The translations under genes and the position numbers were made by a program. Below the pieces are notes generated by a model. The model did not search any database, was not told where the DNA came from, and saw only the letters and a list, made by a program, of their open reading frames with translations. A stretch of DNA of 64,000 nt from assembly GCA_007376805.1 (NCBI GenBank), contig VMGX01000001.1:70461-134460 (forward strand), in the 5' to 3' direction. The stretch is from Parcubacteria group bacterium Athens0714_16. GTDB taxonomy: Bacteria; Patescibacteriota; Minisyncoccia; Phycocordibacterales; 21-14-all-36-13. Positions 60,082 through 64,000 of this stretch are shown in pieces; the first letter of the stretch is position 1, and every line of letters starts with the position of its first letter.

Positions 60082-60510
60082 TTATTTTAACATATTTATG
60101 TCGTCAACGCTTATCCAAGCAGACATCATACCAAAACCTTTTTTATTTATTTCAAAAGGTTTTATTTTCTTTGGTTTTTTAATAAAAACCAAAATACAAT
60201 ATTTTTTATCTTTAATTTTTTCAAAAAAATCATCCTTTTCTTTTTTCAATATACCTATTTCCTTGTGATATTTATTTAATATTTTGGTTATTTTTATGGG
60301 TGTTAAATCAGAAAATTGAATACAACTTGAAACCACGACCTGAACTGTAATTGGTTCTCCAGAATTTTTGAAATACACAACATCATCCGAAGTAATCACA
60401 CCCCATGGTACACGCCTTGTTTGATACCATCGAGATTCTATCGTTTTCTCTCCAGATAATATTTTTGGGACAAAGCCCCAAGACTTTTTCATTATTGCTA
60501 TGTGGACCAT
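60082..60510 (-). CDS. ASCH-domain protein
   Basis: ILSGEKTIESR (GxKxxExR), D.VYFK. Confidence 0.8.
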   Translation of the reverse strand: MVHIAIMKKSWGFVPKILSGEKTIESRWYQTRRVPWGVITSDDVVYFKNSGEPITVQVVVSSCIQFSDLTPIKITKILNKYHKEIGILKKEKDDFFEKIKDKKYCILVFIKKPKKIKPFEINKKGFGMMSAWISVDDINMLK

Positions 60511-60675
60511 CCTGTAGTAATGATATAACAATTCTTGGTTTATTCAACCATCAAAAAACATCCAATAAATTGGATGTTTTTTTGAGTAAAATTTTTACAG
60601 TTAACTGTAAAAATAATTTTATCCAAAATTACAGTTAGCTGTAATTTTTAGTACAGTTGTTATTTTCAAAAAATA

Positions 60676-61290
60676 TTATTTCTTCTTTGACACCTTTTTT
60701 ACTGTTTTCTTGATCTTTGGAGTTTCTACTTTTTTAATAGGTTTTTTCGTGTCAATAATTTCCTTCGATACCTCTGGTGATAAACTTTTTAAAATTTTAT
60801 CCAATTTAGTATTTAGTATTTCAAACTGTTTTTGAAATTGGTCTGTATTTTTATTCCCGCCATTATCATTTTTTTCAAAACAATTACTACAGTAAACTGG
60901 TTTGCCATTTGTTGGTTGAAATGGAACTTCACATCTATTTCCACATCCAGAACATACAGTTGAATACATTTTTTTCTCTCCAAAACTAGATTTGCCGGAA
61001 TCTCTTCCACCAAATCTTTTTGGACCTGATTTTAATTCTGAATTTCCTCCTTTATTTCTGAAACAATCACTACAATAAACTGGTTTATCGCCAGTCGGTT
61101 TGAAAGGAACTTCACACGCATTGCCACATTCAGAACATGTTGTTTTAAACATATCCATTTTTTCTTTTCTATTATCAAAACCTCCACCGCCTCTTTCATT
61201 TCTACCACCAAAACTTCTTTCGCCGGAATTTCTTCCACCAAATTTTTTACCACCCCCACTAGATCTATTATCTCTACCAAAATTTTTCAT
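60676..61290 (-). CDS. Protein with two CxxC-x17-CxxC zinc ribbons
   Basis: CSECG..CEVPFKP..KPVYCSDC present twice; RGG-rich N-terminus. Confidence 0.88.
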   Translation of the reverse strand: MKNFGRDNRSSGGGKKFGGRNSGERSFGGRNERGGGGFDNRKEKMDMFKTTCSECGNACEVPFKPTGDKPVYCSDCFRNKGGNSELKSGPKRFGGRDSGKSSFGEKKMYSTVCSGCGNRCEVPFQPTNGKPVYCSNCFEKNDNGGNKNTDQFQKQFEILNTKLDKILKSLSPEVSKEIIDTKKPIKKVETPKIKKTVKKVSKKK

Positions 61291-61375
61291 AATTTAATTT
61301 ATTTTTTATTATTAATATTTTTTACTCGTCCCGTAGCGAGCTTTGCTCTGCTACTGGGATTGTTTTATTGTTTTA

Positions 61376-61606
61376 TTACTCTTCGTGATGAGAAGCAAGC
61401 CAGTCCATTAATTTTTTTCTGTGTTTATCAACCGTCCAATCACCTTTGTCTTTAAAAAGTGTTGGATATGCTTCTTTAAATTTTTGTAATATTTTTAACG
61501 TCGCATGAGGAAATCCATCCGGAATATTTTTATTGTATTCTTCAGCAAATTTAGAAAGTGGCACTTCAACGAAGTTTATAGCCGTGTCATCGATTTTATT
61601 TTTCAT
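61376..61606 (-). CDS. Hypothetical small protein
   Basis: Intact ORF; no family recognised. Confidence 0.6.
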   Translation of the reverse strand: MKNKIDDTAINFVEVPLSKFAEEYNKNIPDGFPHATLKILQKFKEAYPTLFKDKGDWTVDKHRKKLMDWLASHHEE

Positions 61607-61686
61607 TTAGTAATACTACCACAGATTTACTAAATTATCAAGATTTAGAAAAGTCGCACTTGGCGGTGAAACCGCCAAGTGCTATA

Positions 61687-61929
61687 CATAGGACGGCTAC
61701 GGGCGAGGGACAACCCCACAAAAACTTTTATCAAATTTCATCACTGAGCTGGGGGATAGGGACTCGAACCCCAATAACATCCTCCAGAGGGATGTGTCCT
61801 ACCATTAGACGATCCCCCAGTTCAGAGATTAAATTATTTTATTTTTAATTTTAATTCTTTTTTTTGTCTTTTGCAGTTTTATTAGTTTGCCCATAGGACG
61901 GCTACGGCCGAGGGACGAACCCGCAAAAC
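61687..61929. repeat. About 39-bp direct repeats flanking tRNA-Gln
   Basis: CATAGGACGGCTACGG(G/C)CGAGGGAC at ~61687 and ~61891. Confidence 0.8.
61749..61819 (-). tRNA. tRNA-Gln(CTG)
   Basis: TGGGGGA...TCCCCCA acceptor stem, CATCC-CTCTGGA-GGATG anticodon arm. Confidence 0.95.
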
Positions 61930-62164
61930 AATTTAAGTTTACATTTATAAACGTATTTTTTCAATAAATAAAAAACGGTGCGAGTTGACAAACTCGCACC
62001 AAACAAAAAAAGGAGATTAAAAATGGATTTAAAAAAAGTGAGTGAAAAAAGAACTCTGCTTTGATTATCCGTTCAGGAAAGCATTACGACTATATTAACA
62101 CATCAAAAAAACAATGCAATAATATAGTCGCGATAGTGGATAACCTATATAGCTTTAAAATCTC

Positions 62165-62617
62165 ATGAGAAATCTACTCAAAATTGCGTTCGGAATTATT
62201 ATAATAATTATCTTGGGTTATCTTACATATATACAACTCTATTCTCATAGCAAACCATTGTCGCCAGAAGAATCAAATTCATTAATACAAGTTTATTATC
62301 CAAAATCAAATGACACCGTTTCTTCCCCATTTGTTATAACCGGCAAGGCGAAAGGCAATTGGTTTTTTGAAGCAACTGCACCGGTTGTGTTGGTTGATTG
62401 GGATGGGTTGATAATCGCAGAAGGATATATACAAGCTAAAGGCGACTGGATGACTGAAAATTTTGTTGAGTTTGAAGGAACATTAGAATTTAAAAAACCA
62501 GAAATGGCAGAAAAAACAGATTTTGGTAAAAATGGTGCACTAATATTAAAAAAAGATAATCCATCTGGATTACCTGAAAATGACGATTCTCTGGAGATAC
62601 CTGTAAGGTTTGAATAA
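62165..62617 (+). CDS. Gmad2 Ig-like domain protein
   Basis: TM, P....V.SP..ITG.A.GNWFFEA, DNPSG. Confidence 0.8.
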   Translation: MRNLLKIAFGIIIIIILGYLTYIQLYSHSKPLSPEESNSLIQVYYPKSNDTVSSPFVITGKAKGNWFFEATAPVVLVDWDGLIIAEGYIQAKGDWMTENFVEFEGTLEFKKPEMAEKTDFGKNGALILKKDNPSGLPENDDSLEIPVRFE

Positions 62618-62767
62618 ATGAAAATTATCGTTTAACGATAATTTTCATCCCTGTTCTTTAAAATCTCCGGGGGAGGTTTTAAAGAATAATGATAAATTTT
62701 AATCCTTATTTTAAAAATTATCGCTTAATGATAATTTTCATCCACAATATTTTGTTAATTTTTGGGC

Positions 62768-62913
62768 ACCACAGCTCCACTTTTTTATAACAAACCATAC
62801 TTATTTTTAAGTTTTGTAACTCTCTTGTAGTTTTGTGATACTTTGTCTTTTCTAGAAAAGTGGAGCTGGATCCTCAAAAAATATAGTCGCTTCGCTCCTT
62901 ATTTTTTGGGAAA
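62768..62913 (-). repeat. REPIN-like dispersed element, copy 2
   Basis: Reverse match to 6163-6330 with an unrelated internal spacer. Confidence 0.75.
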
Positions 62914-63026
62914 CACAAAATCCCGCGAAGCGGGATTCTATGCAGAACTTTTGTGTTAAAGCACGCATATTTACGCACTCACATTACACATAGTATATCA
63001 TAATGAAATTCAAAGTCAACAAATAA

Positions 63027-64000
63027 TTACTTATACAAACCACTTTTTATTTCTGTTATTACCTTTTCTCCTTGTTCTTTGTATGTGGGAATTGCTTCTA
63101 TTGCTCCCTCAACTTCTTTTATTGCTTCTGAAGATCTGCCCAATTTTAGATAAGAAGATATTAAATATAACCTGTTTTGTAAATTGGTTGGATTTTTTTG
63201 TATTTCCTCTCTCTCTATTGAAATAACCTTACCGAATTGATTTGTGTCAAAATATGCTTTTATAATCATGTCGTCTGGAACAAGAACTGTTTTAAATTCT
63301 GGAACTAATAATTCCTCTGTGAGCTTGTCTTCCCCATTATAAATCGCAGCAACTGCGTATACTTTTCTTGCATCTAAATAACTTTTATCTAATTCAAAAG
63401 CGTTCTTTAACAAAACAAGTGCTTTTTCTCTTTCGTTTTTGTTTAAATATGAGGCGCCCAATTCAAACATTGTTGATTGTTTGTTAGGAGATAATACAAG
63501 AGCCCTTTCAAGATGTGTTATCGCATTATCATAAACTCTATATCTGTTAAAGAAGACACCTAGAAATACTTCGTATCTCGTGTTCTCTGGATCTTCTTGA
63601 ATTTGTTTCGTCATTTCACCACTGGCCAAATCAAAAAACTTTTGTTTCAAATTCAAATCAATATTTGCAGTCGCATAACTTGCAGACGTCTGAATTAATT
63701 GTTCACGGATCTCTGGACGCCCGAGATAGCCATAGCCCAAAGCTTTTTCAAAATAACCAATGCTTATTGCTGGATTATTTGCATTTTGTAATGCGCCTAT
63801 CATATTTGTACCAACCATCATCCCTCTCACATTGAAAAAATAAATTGAAAACAAAGTTAAAATTAAAATAAATGAAGCGCCAACACCTTTCATCCAATCA
63901 TTATGGACATTGACCGGTTTATTATTTTCTTCTTTTTCGCGCACATTAAATGTGTGAATATAGGCAAGTAAAGAAAAGAAAAGAATATAACTTACTATGT
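63027..64000 (-). CDS. 3' part of a membrane protein with C-terminal TPRs (probably O-antigen-ligase-like); runs off the window
   Basis: Frame open to the window edge, TM segments followed by TPR helices. Confidence 0.7.
   Translation of the reverse strand, partial: IVSYILFFSLLAYIHTFNVREKEENNKPVNVHNDWMKGVGASFILILTLFSIYFFNVRGMMVGTNMIGALQNANNPAISIGYFEKALGYGYLGRPEIREQLIQTSASYATANIDLNLKQKFFDLASGEMTKQIQEDPENTRYEVFLGVFFNRYRVYDNAITHLERALVLSPNKQSTMFELGASYLNKNEREKALVLLKNAFELDKSYLDARKVYAVAAIYNGEDKLTEELLVPEFKTVLVPDDMIIKAYFDTNQFGKVISIEREEIQKNPTNLQNRLYLISSYLKLGRSSEAIKEVEGAIEAIPTYKEQGEKVITEIKSGLYK

Overview
AT-rich bacterial chromosome segment using the standard code. The gene set (short EF-Ts and RF1, PheT lacking the B2 domain, split transketolase, PaaX-like and CxxC-x17-CxxC proteins, mostly SD-less genes) suggests Patescibacteria/CPR (Parcubacteria-like); this is an inference. 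Core content: leuS, ychF, gyrB, pheST, tsf-rpsB, prfA, rpmE, rplY, tRNA-Thr(TGT), tRNA-Gln(CTG), and a pentose-phosphate/phosphoketolase-acetate kinase cluster. Accessory content: a defence region (SLOG, ABC-ATPase with HEPN-like motif, two-MTase HNH restriction-modification system, RhuM-Fic), a CsoR-controlled copper island and two DGR-target-like genes without an RT. Most striking is a layered set of non-coding mobile-looking DNA: (1) a cassette-like region (14.7-18.0 kb) punctuated by a 24-bp palindromic repeat and a triplicated promoter module around an ArsR-like gene; (2) tiny CYTG-headed hairpins inserted without target duplication, some in-frame in genes, with empty and filled sites both visible; (3) a 291-bp inverted-repeat element encoding only a GIY-YIG nuclease, with 62-63-bp non-autonomous relatives; (4) ATCTGCG and heptamer repeats inserted in-frame in LeuS and PheS. 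Also notable are several promoter-to-terminator ORF-less structured RNA candidates, an NlpC/P60 domain inside PheT and a DedA-RpiB fusion. All calls come from reading the sequence; no searches were run.
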